Positions 25,201 to 40,500 of a DNA stretch of 64,000 nucleotides are shown in pieces. The stretch's first letter is position 1. Every line of letters starts with the position of its first letter. Origin of the DNA: Auanema rhodensis. Taxonomy: Eukaryota > Animalia > Nematoda. A program made the position numbers and the translations under genes. The notes beneath the pieces are model-generated. The model was given only the letters and a program-made list of their open reading frames with translations. It did no database searches and was not told where the DNA came from. The stretch covers positions 3,534,001-3,598,000 of the forward strand of contig OZ059897.1 of NCBI GenBank assembly GCA_964057225.1, given 5' to 3'.

Positions 25201-28200
25201 GAAATGATTTTTTCGTTGAATAACATTGTCCATCGTCTTCGTCTTGAAAAAAGGAATCTAAAAACATCTACTTTTTGTGAAATTATTTAGAAATTTTTCG
25301 GGAAAATTTTTGTCAAAATGTTTTTGGAAGCAATGTTGAGTGTACATGGGAACTCAACATACACTAATGCATTATTTTTCAAACGATCATAACTAATTTT
25401 TGTATAGAGCGTTTCTCAATGTGGTATAGTGCATTCGATGCGGATTTTTAAGCTGCGTTGATCTGTGTTATCAGATTTGAGTTAACTTAAAAATGCACCG
25501 AGATATCAACTGATATATGTTCACACTTATATCCTCGATTTTCACCCTGAAGAGATGATTTTTTCGTTGAATAACATTGTCCATCGTCTTCGTCTTGAAA
25601 AAAGGAATCTAAAAACATCTACTTTTTGTGAAATTATTTAGAAATTTTTCGGGAAAATTTTTGTCAAAATGTTTTTGGAAGCAATGTTGAGTGTACATGG
25701 GAACTCAACATACACTAATGCATTATTTTTCAAACGATCATAACTTATTTTTGTATAGAGCGTTTCTCAATGTAGTGTAGTGCATTCGATGCGGATTTTT
25801 AAGCTGCGTCGATCTGTGTTATCCGATTTGAGCTAGCTTGAAAATGTACCGAGATATCAACTGATATAGGTTCACACTTATATCCTCGATTTTCACCCTG
25901 AAGAATTTATTTTTTCGTTGAATAACATTGTCCATCGTCTTCGCCTTGAAAAAAGGAATCTAAAAACATCTACTTTTTGTGAAATTATTTAGAAATTTTT
26001 CGGGAAAATTTTTGTCAAAATGTTTTTGGAAGCAATGTTGAGTGTACATGGGAACTCAGCATACACTAATGCATTATTTTTCAAACGATAATAACTAATT
26101 TTTGTATAGAGCGTTTCTCAATGTAGTATAGTGCATTCGATGCGGATTTTTAAGCTGCGTCGATCTGTGTTATCCGATTTGAGCTAGCTTGAAAATGTAC
26201 CGAGATATCAACTGATATATGTTCACACTTATATCCTCGATTTTCACCCTGAAGAAATGATTTTTTCGTTGAATAACATTGTCCATCATCTTCGTCTTGA
26301 AAAAAGGAATCTAAAAACATCTACTTTTTGTGAAATTATTCAGAAATTTTTCGGGAAAATTTTTGTCAAAATGTTTTTGGAAGCAATGTTGAGTGTACAT
26401 GGGAACTCAACATACACTAATGCATTATTTTTCAAACGATCATAACTAATTTTTGTATAGAGCGTTTCTCAATGTAGTATAGTGCATTCGATGCGGATTT
26501 TTAAGCTGCTTTGATCTGTGTTATCAGATTTGAGTTAACTTAAAAATGCACCGAGATATCAACTGATATAGGTTCACACTTATATCCTCGATTTTCACCC
26601 TGAAGAAATGATTTTTTCGTTGAAAAACATTGTCCATCGTATTCGTCTTGAAAAAAGGAATCTAAAAACATCTACTTTTTGTGAAATTATTTAGAAATTT
26701 TTCGGGAAAATTTTTGTCAAAATGTTTTTGGAAGCAATGTTGAGTGTACATGGGAACTCAGCATACACTAATGCATTATTTTTCAAACGATAATAACTAA
26801 TTTTTGTATAGAGCGTTTCTCAATGTGGTATAGTGCATTCGATGCGGATTTTTAAGCTGCGTTGATCTGTGTTATCAGATTTGAGTTAACTTAAAAATGC
26901 ACCGAGATATCAACTGATATATGTTCACACTTATATCCTCGATTTTCACCCTGAAGAGATGATTTTTTCGTTGAATAACATTGTCCATCGTCTTCGTCTT
27001 GAGAAAAGGAATCTAAAAACATCTACTTTTTGTGAAATTATTTAGAAATTTTTCGGGAAAATTTTTGTCAAAATGTTTTTGGAAGCAATGTTGAGTGTAC
27101 ATGGGAACTCAACATACACTAATGCATTATTTTTCAAACGATCATAACTTATTTTTGTATAGAGCGTTTCTCAATGTAGTGTAGTGCATTCGATGCGGAT
27201 TTTTAAGCTGCGTCGATCTGTGTTATCCGATTTGAGCTAGCTTGAAAATGTACCGAGATATCAACTGATATAGGTTCACACTTATATCCTCGATTTTCAC
27301 CCTGAAGAATTTATTTTTTCGTTGAATAACATTGTCCATCGTCTTCGCCTTGAAAAAAGGAATCTAAAAACATCTACTTTTTGTGAAATTATTTAGAAAT
27401 TTTTCGGGAAAATTTTTGTCAAAATGTTTTTGGAAGCAATGTTGAGTGTACATGGGAACTCAGCATACACTAATGCATTATTTTTCAAACGATAATAACT
27501 AATTTTTGTATAGAGCGTTTCTCAATGTAGTATAGTGCATTCGATGCGGATTTTTAAGCTGCGTTGATCTGTGTTATCAGATTTGAGTTAGCTTAAAAAT
27601 GCACCGAGATATCAACTGATATATGTTCACACTCATATCCTCGATTATCACCCTGAAGAATTGATTTTTTCGTTGAAAAACATTGTCCATCGTATTTTTC
27701 TTGAAAAAAGGAATCTAAAAACATCTACTTTTTGTGAAATTATTTAGAAATTTTTCGGGAAAATTTTTGTCAAAATGTTTTTGGAAGCAATGTTGAGTGT
27801 ACATGGGAACTCAACATACACTAATGCATTATTTTTCAAACGATCATAACTAATTCTTGTATAGAGCGTTTCTCAATGTAGTATAGTGCATTCGATGCGG
27901 ATTTTTAAGCTGCGTTGATCTGTGTTATCAGATTTGAGTTAGCTTAAAAATGCACCGAGATATCAACTGATATATGTTCACACTTATATCCTCGATTTTC
28001 ACCCTGAAGAAATGATTTTTTCGTTGAATAACATTGTCCATCGTCTTCGTCTTGAAAAAAGGAATCTAAAAACATCTACTTTTTGTGAAATTATTTAGAA
28101 ATTTTTCGGGAAAATTTTTGTCAAAATGTTTTTGGAAGCAATGTTGAGTGTACATGGGAACTCAACATACACTAATGCATTATTTTTCAAACGATCATAA

Positions 28201-28550
28201 CTAATTTTTGTATAGAGCGTTTCTCAATGTGGTATAGTGCATTCGATGCGGATTTTTAAGCTGCGTTGATCTGTGTTATCAGATTTGAGTTAACTTAAAA
28301 ATGCACCGAGATATCAACTGATATATGTTCACACTTATATCCTCGATTTTCACCCTGAAGAGATGATTTTTTTGTTGAATAACATTGTCCATCGTCTTCG
28401 TCTTGAAAAAAGGAATCTAAAAACATCTACTTTTTGTGAAATTATTTAGAAATTTTTCGGGAAAATTTTTGTCAAAATGTTTTTGGAAGCAATGTTGAGT
28501 GTACATGGGAACTCAACATACACTAATGCATTATTTTTCAAACGATCATA
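22230..28550 (+). repeat. 8-monomer HOR (2,808 bp) containing a 4-monomer sub-period
   Basis: Identical ORFs start at 23449 and 26257, with a related one at 29065 (2,808-bp spacing). The private variant TTTTAAAGCTGCTTTG occurs at 22290 and 23694 (1,404 bp apart). Confidence 0.85.
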
Positions 28551-31500
28551 ACTTATTTTTGTATAGAGCGTTTCTCAATGTAGTGTAGTGCATTCGATGC
28601 GGATTTTTAAGCTGCGTCGATCTGTGTTATCCGATTTGAGCTAGCTTGAAAATGTACCGAGATATCAACTGATATATGTTCACACTTATATCCTCGATTT
28701 TCACCCTGAAGAAATGATTTTTTCGTTGAATAACATTGTCCATCGTCTTAGTCTTGAAAAAAGGAAACTGAAAACATCTACTTTTTGTGAAATTATTTAG
28801 AAATTTTTCGGGAAAATTTTTGTCAAAATGTTTTTGGAAGCAATATTGAGTGTACATGGGAACTCAACATACACTAATGCATTATTTTTCAAACGATCAT
28901 AACTAATTTTTGTAAATAGCGTTTCTCAATGTAGTATAGTGCATTCGATGCGGATTTTTAAGCTGCGTGGATCTGTGTTATCCGATTTGAGCTAGCTTGA
29001 AAATGTACCGAGATATCAACTGATATATGTTCACACTTATATCCTCGATTTTCACCCTGAAGAAATGATTTTTTCGTTGAATAACATTGTCCATCATCTT
29101 CGTCTTGAAAAAAAGAATCTAAAAACATCTACTTTTTGTGAAATTATTCAGAAATTTTTCGGGAAAATTTTTGTCAAAATGTTTTTGGAAGCAATGTTGA
29201 GTGTACATGGGAACTCAACATACACTAATGCATTATTTTTCAAACGATCATAACTAATTTTTGTATAGAGCGTTTCTCAATGTAGTATAGTGCATTCGAT
29301 GCGGATTTTTAAGCTGCGTTGATCTGTGTTATCAGATTTGAGTTAGCTTAAAAATGCACCGAGATATCAACTGATATATGTTCACACTTATATCCTCGAT
29401 TTTCACCCTGAAGAAATGATTTTTTCGTTGAATAACATTGTCCATCGTCTTAGTCTTGAAAAAAGGAAACTGAAAACATCTACTTTTTGTGAAATTATTT
29501 AGAAATTTTTCGGGAAAATTTTTGTCAAAATGTTTTTGGAAGCAATATTGAGTGTACATGGGAACTCAACATACACTAATGCATTATTTTTCAAACGATC
29601 ATAACTAATTCTTGTAAATAGCGTTTCTCAATGTAGTATAGTGCATTCGATGCGGATTTTTAAGCTGCGTGGATCTGTGTTATCAGATTTGAGTTAGCTT
29701 AAAAATGCACCGAGATATCAACTGATATAGGTTCACACTTATATCCTCGATTTTCACCCTGAAGAAATGATTTTTTCGTTGAAAAACATTGTCCATCGTA
29801 TTCGTCTTGAAAAAAGGAATCTAAAAACATCTACTTTTTGTGAAATTATTTAGAAATTTTTCGGGAAAATTTTTGTCAAAATGTTTTTGGAAGCAATGTT
29901 GAGTGTACATGGGAACTCAGCATACACTAATGCATTATTTTTCAAACGATAATAACTAATTTTTTTATAGAGCGTTTCTCAATGTGGTATAGTGCATTCG
30001 ATGCGGATTTTTAAGCTGCGTTGATCTGTGTTATCAGATTTGAGTTAACTTAAAAATGCACCGAGATATCAACTGATATATGTTCACACTTATATCCTCG
30101 ATTTTCACCCTGAAGAGATGATTTTTTCGTTGAATAACATTGTCCATCGTCTTCGTCTTGAGAAAAGGAATCTAAAAACATCTACTTTTTGTGAAATTAT
30201 TTAGAAATTTTTCGGGAAAATTTTTGTCAAAATGTTTTTGGAAGCAATGTTGAGTGTACATGGGAACTCAACATACACTAATGCATTATTTTTCAAACGA
30301 TCATAACTTATTTTTGTATAGAGCGTTTCTCAATGTAGTGTAGTGCATTCGATGCGGATTTTTAAGCTGCGTCGATCTGTGTTATCCGATTTGAGCTAGC
30401 TTGAAAATGTACCGAGATATCAACTGATATAGGTTCACACTTATATCCTCGATTTTCACCCTGAAGAATTTATTTTTTCGTTGAATAACATTGTCCATCG
30501 TCTTCGCCTTGAAAAAAGGAATCTAAAAACATCTACTTTTTGTGAAATTATATAGAAATTTTTCGGGAAAATTTTTGTCAAAATGTTTTTGGAAGCAATG
30601 TTGAGTGTACATGGGAACTCAGCATACACTAATGCATTATTTTTCAAACGATAATAACTAATTTTTGTATAGAGCGTTTCTCAATGTAGTATAGTGCATT
30701 CGATGCGGATTTTTAAGCTGCGTGGATCTGTGTTATCAGATTTGAGTTAGCTTAAAAATGCACCGAGATATCAACTGATATATGTTCACACTTATATCCT
30801 CGATTTTCACCCTGAAGAAATGATTTTTTCGTTGAATAACATTGTCCATCGTATTCGTCTTGAAAAAAGGAATCTAAAAACATCTACTTTTTGTGAAATT
30901 ATTTAGAAATTTTTCGGGAAAATTTTTGTCAAAATGTTTTTGGAAGCAATGTTGAGTGTACATGGGAACTCAGCATACACTAATGCATTATTTTTCAAAC
31001 GATAATAACTAATTTTTGTATAGAGCGTTTCTCAATGTAGTATAGTGCATTCGATGCGGATTTTTAAGCTGCGTTGATCTGTGTTATCAGATTTGAGTTA
31101 ACTTAAAAATGCACCGAGATATCAACTGATATATGTTCACACTTATATCCTCGATTTTCACCCTGAAGAGATGATTTTTTCGTTGAATAACATTGTCCAT
31201 CGTCTTCGTCTTGAGAAAAGGAATCTAAAAACATCTACTTTTTGTGAAATTATTTAGAAATTTTTCGGGAAAATTTTTGTCAAAATGTTTTTGGAAGCAA
31301 TGTTGAGTGTACATGGGAACTCAACATACACTAATGCATTATTTTTCAAACGATCATAACTTATTTTTGTATAGAGCGTTTCTCAATGTAGTGTAGTGCA
31401 TTCGATGCGGATTTTTAAGCTGCGTCGATCTGTGTTATCCGATTTGAGCTAGCTTGAAAATGTACCGAGATATCAACTGATATAGGTTCACACTTATATC

Positions 31501-34500
31501 CTCGATTTTCACCCTGAAGAATTTATTTTTTCGTTGAATAACATTGTCCATCGTCTTCGCCTTGAAAAAAGGAATCTAAAAACATCTACTTTTTGTGAAA
31601 TTATTTAGAAATTTTTCGGGAAAATTTTTGTCAAAATGTTTTTGGAAGCAATGTTGAGTGTACATGGGAACTCAGCATACACTAATGCATTATTTTTCAA
31701 ACGATAATAACTAATTTTTGTATAGAGCGTTTCTCAATGTAGTATAGTGCATTCGATGCGGATTTTTAAGCTGCGTTGATCTGTGTTATCAGATTTGAGT
31801 TAGCTTAAAAATGCACCGAGATATCAACTGATATATGTTCACACTCATATCCTCGATTATCACCCTGAAGAATTGATTTTTTCGTTGAAAAACATTGTCC
31901 ATCGTATTTTTCTTGAAAAAAGGAATCTAAAAACATCTACTTTTTGTGAAATTATTTAGAAATTTTTCGGGAAAATTTTTGTCAAAATGTTTTTGGAAGC
32001 AATGTTGAGTGTACATGGGAACTCAACATACACTAATGCATTATTTTTCAAACGATCATAACTAATTCTTGTATAGAGCGTTTCTCAATGTAGTATAGTG
32101 CATTCGATGCGGATTTTTAAGCTGCGTGGATCTGTGTTATCAGATTTGAGTTAGCTTAAAAATGCACCGAGATATCAACTGATATATGTTCACACTTATA
32201 TCCTCGATTTTCACCCTGAAGAAATGATTTTTTCGTTGAATAACATTGTCCATCGTATTCGTCTTGAAAAAAGGAATCTAAAAACATCTACTTTTTGTGA
32301 AATTATTTAGAAATTTTTCGGGAAAATTTTTGTCAAAATGTTTTTGGAAGCAATGTTGAGTGTACATGGGAACTCAGCATACACTAATGCATTATTTTTC
32401 AAACGATAATAACTAATTTTTGTATAGAGCGTTTCTCAATGTAGTATAGTGCATTCGATGCGGATTTTTAAGCTGCGTTGATCTGTGTTATCAGATTTGA
32501 GTTAACTTAAAAATGCACCGAGATATCAACTGATATATGTTCACACTTATATCCTCGATTTTCACCCTGAAGAGATGATTTTTTCGTTGAATAACATTGT
32601 CCATCGTCTTCGTCTTGAGAAAAGGAATCTAAAAACATCTACTTTTTGTGAAATTATTTAGAAATTTTTCGGGAAAATTTTTGTCAAAATGTTTTTGGAA
32701 GCAATGTTGAGTGTACATGGGAACTCAACATACACTAATGCATTATTTTTCAAACGATCATAACTTATTTTTGTATAGAGCGTTTCTCAATGTAGTGTAG
32801 TGCATTCGATGCGGATTTTTAAGCTGCGTCGATCTGTGTTATCCGATTTGAGCTAGCTTGAAAATGTACCGAGATATCAACTGATATAGGTTCACACTTA
32901 TATCCTCGATTTTCACCCTGAAGAATTTATTTTTTCGTTGAATAACATTGTCCATCGTCTTCGCCTTGAAAAAAGGAATCTAAAAACATCTACTTTTTGT
33001 GAAATTATTTAGAAATTTTTCGGGAAAATTTTTGTCAAAATGTTTTTGGAAGCAATGTTGAGTGTACATGGGAACTCAGCATACACTAATGCATTATTTT
33101 TCAAACGATAATAACTAATTTTTGTATAGAGCGTTTCTCAATGTAGTATAGTGCATTCGATGCGGATTTTTAAGCTGCGTTGATCTGTGTTATCAGATTT
33201 GAGTTAGCTTAAAAATGCACCGAGATATCAACTGATATATGTTCACACTCATATCCTCGATTATCACCCTGAAGAATTGATTTTTTCGTTGAAAAACATT
33301 GTCCATCGTATTTTTCTTGAAAAAAGGAATCTAAAAACATCTACTTTTTGTGAAATTATTTAGAAATTTTTCGGGAAAATTTTTGTCAAAATGTTTTTGG
33401 AAGCAATGTTGAGTGTACATGGGAACTCAACATACACTAATGCATTATTTTTCAAACGATCATAACTAATTCTTGTATAGAGCGTTTCTCAATGTAGTAT
33501 AGTGCATTCGATGCGGATTTTTAAGCTGCGTTGATCTGTGTTATCAGATTTGAGTTAGCTTAAAAATGCACCGAGATATCAACTGATATATGTTCACACT
33601 TATATCCTCGATTTTCACCCTGAAGAAATGATTTTTTCGTTGAATAACATTGTCCATCGTCTTCGTCTTGAAAAAAGGAATCTAAAAACATCTACTTTTT
33701 GTGAAATTATTTAGAAATTTTTCGGGAAAATTTTTGTCAAAATGTTTTTGGAAGCAATGTTGAGTGTACATGGGAACTCAACATACACTAATGCATTATT
33801 TTTCAAACGATCATAACTAATTTTTGTATAGAGCGTTTCTCAATGTGGTATAGTGCATTCGATGCGGATTTTTAAGCTGCGTTGATCTGTGTTATCAGAT
33901 TTGAGTTAACTTAAAAATGCACCGAGATATCAACTGATATATGTTCACACTTATATCCTCGATTTTCACCCTGAAGAGATGATTTTTTTGTTGAATAACA
34001 TTGTCCATCGTCTTCGTCTTGAAAAAAGGAATCTAAAAACATCTACTTTTTGTGAAATTATTTAGAAATTTTTCGGGAAAATTTTTGTCAAAATGTTTTT
34101 GGAAGCAATGTTGAGTGTACATGGGAACTCAACATACACTAATGCATTATTTTTCAAACGATCATAACTTATTTTTGTATAGAGCGTTTCTCAATGTAGT
34201 GTAGTGCATTCGATGCGGATTTTTAAGCTGCGTCGATCTGTGTTATCCGATTTGAGCTAGCTTGAAAATGTACCGAGATATCAACTGATATATGTTCACA
34301 CTTATATCCTCGATTTTCACCCTGAAGAAATGATTTTTTCGTTGAATAACATTGTCCATCGTCTTAGTCTTAAAAAAAGGAAACTGAAAACATCTACTTT
34401 TTGTGAAATTATTTAGAAATTTTTCGGGAAAATTTTTGTCAAAATGTTTTTGGAAGCAATATTGAGTGTACATGGGAACTCAACATACACTAATGCATTA

Positions 34501-37500
34501 TTTTTCAAACGATCATAACTAATTTTTGTAAATAGCGTTTCTCAATGTAGTATAGTGCATTCGATGCGGATTTTTAAGCTGCGTGGATCTGTGTTATCCG
34601 ATTTGAGCTAGCTTGAAAATGTACCGAGATATCAACTGATATATGTTCACACTTATATCCTCGATTTTCACCCTGAAGAAATGATTTTTTCGTTGAATAA
34701 CATTGTCCATCATCTTCGTCTTGAAAAAAAGAATCTAAAAACATCTACTTTTTGTGAAATTATTCAGAAATTTTTCGGGAAAATTTTTGTCAAAATGTTT
34801 TTGGAAGCAATGTTGAGTGTACATGGGAACTCAACATACACTAATGCATTATTTTTCAAACGATCATAACTAATTTTTGTATAGAGCGTTTCTCAATGTA
34901 GTATAGTGCATTCGATGCGGATTTTTAAGCTGCGTTGATCTGTGTTATCAGATTTGAGTTAGCTTAAAAATGCACCGAGATATCAACTGATATATGTTCA
35001 CACTTATATCCTCGATTTTCACCCTGAAGAAATGATTTTTTCGTTGAATAACATTGTCCATCGTCTTAGTCTTGAAAAAAGGAAACTGAAAACATCTACT
35101 TTTTGTGAAATTATTTAGAAATTTTTCGGGAAAATTTTTGTCAAAATGTTTTTGGAAGCAATATTGAGTGTACATGGGAACTCAACATACACTAATGCAT
35201 TATTTTTCAAACGATCATAACTAATTCTTGTAAATAGCGTTTCTCAATGTAGTATAGTGCATTCGATGCGGATTTTTAAGCTGCGTGGATCTGTGTTATC
35301 AGATTTGAGTTAGCTTAAAAATGCACCGAGATATCAACTGATATAGGTTCACACTTATATCCTCGATTTTCACCCTGAAGAAATGATTTTTTCGTTGAAA
35401 AACATTGTCCATCGTATTCGTCTTGAAAAAAGGAATCTAAAAACATCTACTTTTTGTGAAATTATTTAGAAATTTTTCGGGAAAATTTTTGTCAAAATGT
35501 TTTTGGAAGCAATGTTGAGTGTACATGGGAACTCAGCATACACTAATGCATTATTTTTCAAACGATAATAACTAATTTTTTTATAGAGCGTTTCTCAATG
35601 TGGTATAGTGCATTCGATGCGGATTTTTAAGCTGCGTTGATCTGTGTTATCAGATTTGAGTTAACTTAAAAATGCACCGAGATATCAACTGATATATGTT
35701 CACACTTATATCCTCGATTTTCACCCTGAAGAGATGATTTTTTCGTTGAATAACATTGTCCATCGTCTTCGTCTTGAGAAAAGAAATCTAAAAACATCTA
35801 CTTTTTGTGAAATTATTTAGAAATTTTTCGGGAAAATTTTTGTCAAAATGTTTTTGGAAGCAATGTTGAGTGTACATGGGAACTCAACATACACTAATGC
35901 ATTATTTTTCAAACGATCATAACTTATTTTTGTATAGAGCGTTTCTCAATGTAGTGTAGTGCATTCGATGCGGATTTTTAAGCTGCGTCGATCTGTGTTA
36001 TCCGATTTGAGCTAGCTTGAAAATGTACCGAGATATCAACTGATATAGGTTCACACTTATATCCTCGATTTTCACCCTGAAGAATTTATTTTTTCGTTGA
36101 ATAACATTGTCCATCGTCTTCGCCTTGAAAAAAGGAATCTAAAAACATCTACTTTTTGTGAAATTATATAGAAATTTTTCGGGAAAATTTTTGTCAAAAT
36201 GTTTTTGGAAGCAATGTTGAGTGTACATGGGAACTCAGCATACACTAATGCATTATTTTTCAAACGATAATAACTAATTTTTGTATAGAGCGTTTCTCAA
36301 TGTAGTATAGTGCATTCGATGCGGATTTTTAAGCTGCGTGGATCTGTGTTATCAGATTTGAGTTAGCTTAAAAATGCACCGAGATATCAACTGATATATG
36401 TTCACACTTATATCCTCGATTTTCACCCTGAAGAAATGATTTTTTCGTTGAATAACATTGTCCATCGTATTCGTCTTGAAAAAAGGAATCTAAAAACATC
36501 TACTTTTTGTGAAATTATTTAGAAATTTTTCGGGAAAATTTTTGTCAAAATGTTTTTGGAAGCAATGTTGAGTGTACATGGGAACTCAGCATACACTAAT
36601 GCATTATTTTTCAAACGATAATAACTAATTTTTGTATAGAGCGTTTCTCAATGTAGTATAGTGCATTCGATGCGGATTTTTAAGCTGCGTTGATCTGTGT
36701 TATCAGATTTGAGTTAACTTAAAAATGCACCGAGATATCAACTGATATATGTTCACACTTATATCCTCGATTTTCACCCTGAAGAGATGATTTTTTCGTT
36801 GAATAACATTGTCCATCGTCTTCGTCTTGAGAAAAGGAATCTAAAAACATCTACTTTTTGTGAAATTATTTAGAAATTTTTCGGGAAAATTTTTGTCAAA
36901 ATGTTTTTGGAAGCAATGTTGAGTGTACATGGGAACTCAACATACACTAATGCATTATTTTTCAAACGATCATAACTTATTTTTGTATAGAGCGTTTCTC
37001 AATGTAGTGTAGTGCATTCGATGCGGATTTTTAAGCTGCGTCGATCTGTGTTATCCGATTTGAGCTAGCTTGAAAATGTACCGAGATATCAACTGATATA
37101 GGTTCACACTTATATCCTCGATTTTCACCCTGAAGAATTTATTTTTTCGTTGAATAACATTGTCCATCGTCTTCGCCTTGAAAAAAGGAATCTAAAAACA
37201 TCTACTTTTTGTGAAATTATTTAGAAATTTTTCGGGAAAATTTTTGTCAAAATGTTTTTGGAAGCAATGTTGAGTGTACATGGGAACTCAGCATACACTA
37301 ATGCATTATTTTTCAAACGATAATAACTAATTTTTGTATAGAGCGTTTCTCAATGTAGTATAGTGCATTCGATGCGGATTTTTAAGCTGCGTTGATCTGT
37401 GTTATCAGATTTGAGTTAGCTTAAAAATGCACCGAGATATCAACTGATATATGTTCACACTCATATCCTCGATTATCACCCTGAAGAATTGATTTTTTCG

Positions 37501-40500
37501 TTGAAAAACATTGTCCATCGTATTTTTCTTGAAAAAAGGAATCTAAAAACATCTACTTTTTGTGAAATTATTTAGAAATTTTTCGGGAAAATTTTTGTCA
37601 AAATGTTTTTGGAAGCAATGTTGAGTGTACATGGGAACTCAACATACACTAATGCATTATTTTTCAAACGATCATAACTAATTCTTGTATAGAGCGTTTC
37701 TCAATGTAGTATAGTGCATTCGATGCGGATTTTTAAGCTGCGTTGATCTGTGTTATCAGATTTGAGTTAGCTTAAAAATGCACCGAGATATCAACTGATA
37801 TATGTTCACACTTATATCCTCGATTTTCACCCTGAAGAAATGATTTTTTCGTTGAATAACATTGTCCATCGTCTTCGTCTTGAAAAAAGGAATCTAAAAA
37901 CATCTACTTTTTGTGAAATTATTTAGAAATTTTTCGGGAAAATTTTTGTCAAAATGTTTTTGGAAGCAATGTTGAGTGTACATGGGAACTCAACATACAC
38001 TAATGCATTATTTTTCAAACGATCATAACTAATTTTTGTATAGAGCGTTTCTCAATGTGGTATAGTGCATTCGATGCGGATTTTTAAGCTGCGTTGATCT
38101 GTGTTATCAGATTTGAGTTAACTTAAAAATGCACCGAGATATCAACTGATATATGTTCACACTTATATCCTCGATTTTCACCCTGAAGAGATGATTTTTT
38201 CGTTGAATAACATTGTCCATCGTCTTCGTCTTGAAAAAAGGAATCTAAAAACATCTACTTTTTGTGAAATTATTTAGAAATTTTTCGGGAAAATTTTTGT
38301 CAAAATGTTTTTGGAAGCAATGTTGAGTGTACATGGGAACTCAACATACACTAATGCATTATTTTTCAAACGATCATAACTTATTTTTGTATAGAGCGTT
38401 TCTCAATGTAGTGTAGTGCATTCGATGCGGATTTTTAAGCTGCGTCGATCTGTGTTATCCGATTTGAGCTAGCTTGAAAATGTACCGAGATATCAACTGA
38501 TATATGTTCACACTTATATCCTCGATTTTCACCCTGAAGAAATGATTTTTTCGTTGAATAACATTGTCCATCGTCTTAGTCTTGAAAAAAGGAAACTGAA
38601 AACATCTACTTTTTGTGAAATTATTTAGAAATTTTTCGGGAAAATTTTTGTCAAAATGTTTTTGGAAGCAATATTGAGTGTACATGGGAACTCAACATAC
38701 ACTAATGCATTATTTTTCAAACGATCATAACTAATTTTTGTAAATAGCGTTTCTCAATGTAGTATAGTGCATTCGATGCGGATTTTTAAGCTGCGTGGAT
38801 CTGTGTTATCCGATTTGAGCTAGCTTGAAAATGTACCGAGATATCAACTGATATATGTTCACACTTATATCCTCGATTTTCACCCTGAAGAAATGATTTT
38901 TTCGTTGAATAACATTGTCCATCATCTTCGTCTTGAAAAAAAGAATCTAAAAACATCTACTTTTTGTGAAATTATTCAGAAATTTTTCGGGAAAATTTTT
39001 GTCAAAATGTTTTTGGAAGCAATGTTGAGTGTACATGGGAACTCAACATACACTAATGCATTATTTTTCAAACGATCATAACTAATTTTTGTATAGAGCG
39101 TTTCTCAATGTAGTATAGTGCATTCGATGCGGATTTTTAAGCTGCGTTGATCTGTGTTATCAGATTTGAGTTAGCTTAAAAATGCACCGAGATATCAACT
39201 GATATATGTTCACACTTATATCCTCGATTTTCACCCTGAAGAAATGATTTTTTCGTTGAATAACATTGTCCATCGTCTTAGTCTTGAAAAAAGGAAACTG
39301 AAAACATCTACTTTTTGTGAAATTATTTAGAAATTTTTCGGGAAAATTTTTGTCAAAATGTTTTTGGAAGCAATATTGAGTGTACATGGGAACTCAACAT
39401 ACACTAATGCATTATTTTTCAAACGATCATAACTAATTCTTGTAAATAGCGTTTCTCAATGTAGTATAGTGCATTCGATGCGGATTTTTAAGCTGCGTGG
39501 ATCTGTGTTATCAGATTTGAGTTAGCTTAAAAATGCACCGAGATATCAACTGATATAGGTTCACACTTATATCCTCGATTTTCACCCTGAAGAAATGATT
39601 TTTTCGTTGAAAAACATTGTCCATCGTATTCGTCTTGAAAAAAGGAATCTAAAAACATCTACTTTTTGTGAAATTATTTAGAAATTTTTCGGGAAAATTT
39701 TTGTCAAAATGTTTTTGGAAGCAATGTTGAGTGTACATGGGAACTCAGCATACACTAATGCATTATTTTTCAAACGATAATAACTAATTTTTGTATAGAG
39801 CGTTTCTCAATGTGGTATAGTGCATTCGATGCGGATTTTTAAGCTGCGTTGATCTGTGTTATCAGATTTGAGTTAACTTAAAAATGCACCGAGATATCAA
39901 CTGATATATGTTCACACTTATATCCTCGATTTTCACCCTGAAGAGATGATTTTTTCGTTGAATAACATTGTCCATCGTCTTTGTCTTGAGAAAAGGAATC
40001 TAAAAACATCTACTTTTTGTGAAATTATTTAGAAATTTTTCGGGAAAATTTTTGTCAAAATGTTTTTGGAAGCAATGTTGAGTGTACATGGGAACTCAAC
40101 ATACACTAATGCATTATTTTTCAAACGATCATAACTTATTTTTGTATAGAGCGTTTCTCAATGTAGTGTAGTGCATTCGATGCGGATTTTTAAGCTGCGT
40201 CGATCTGTGTTATCCGATTTGAGCTAGCTTGAAAATGTACCGAGATATCAACTGATATAGGTTCACACTTATATCCTCGATTTTCACCCTGAAGAATTTA
40301 TTTTTTCGTTGAATAACATTGTCCATCGTCTTCGCCTTGAAAAAAGGAATCTAAAAACATCTACTTTTTGTGAAATTATTTAGAAATTTTTCGGGAAAAT
40401 TTTTGTCAAAATGTTTTTGGAAGCAATGTTGAGTGTACATGGGAACTCAGCATACACTAATGCATTATTTTTCAAACGATAATAACTAATTTTTGTATAG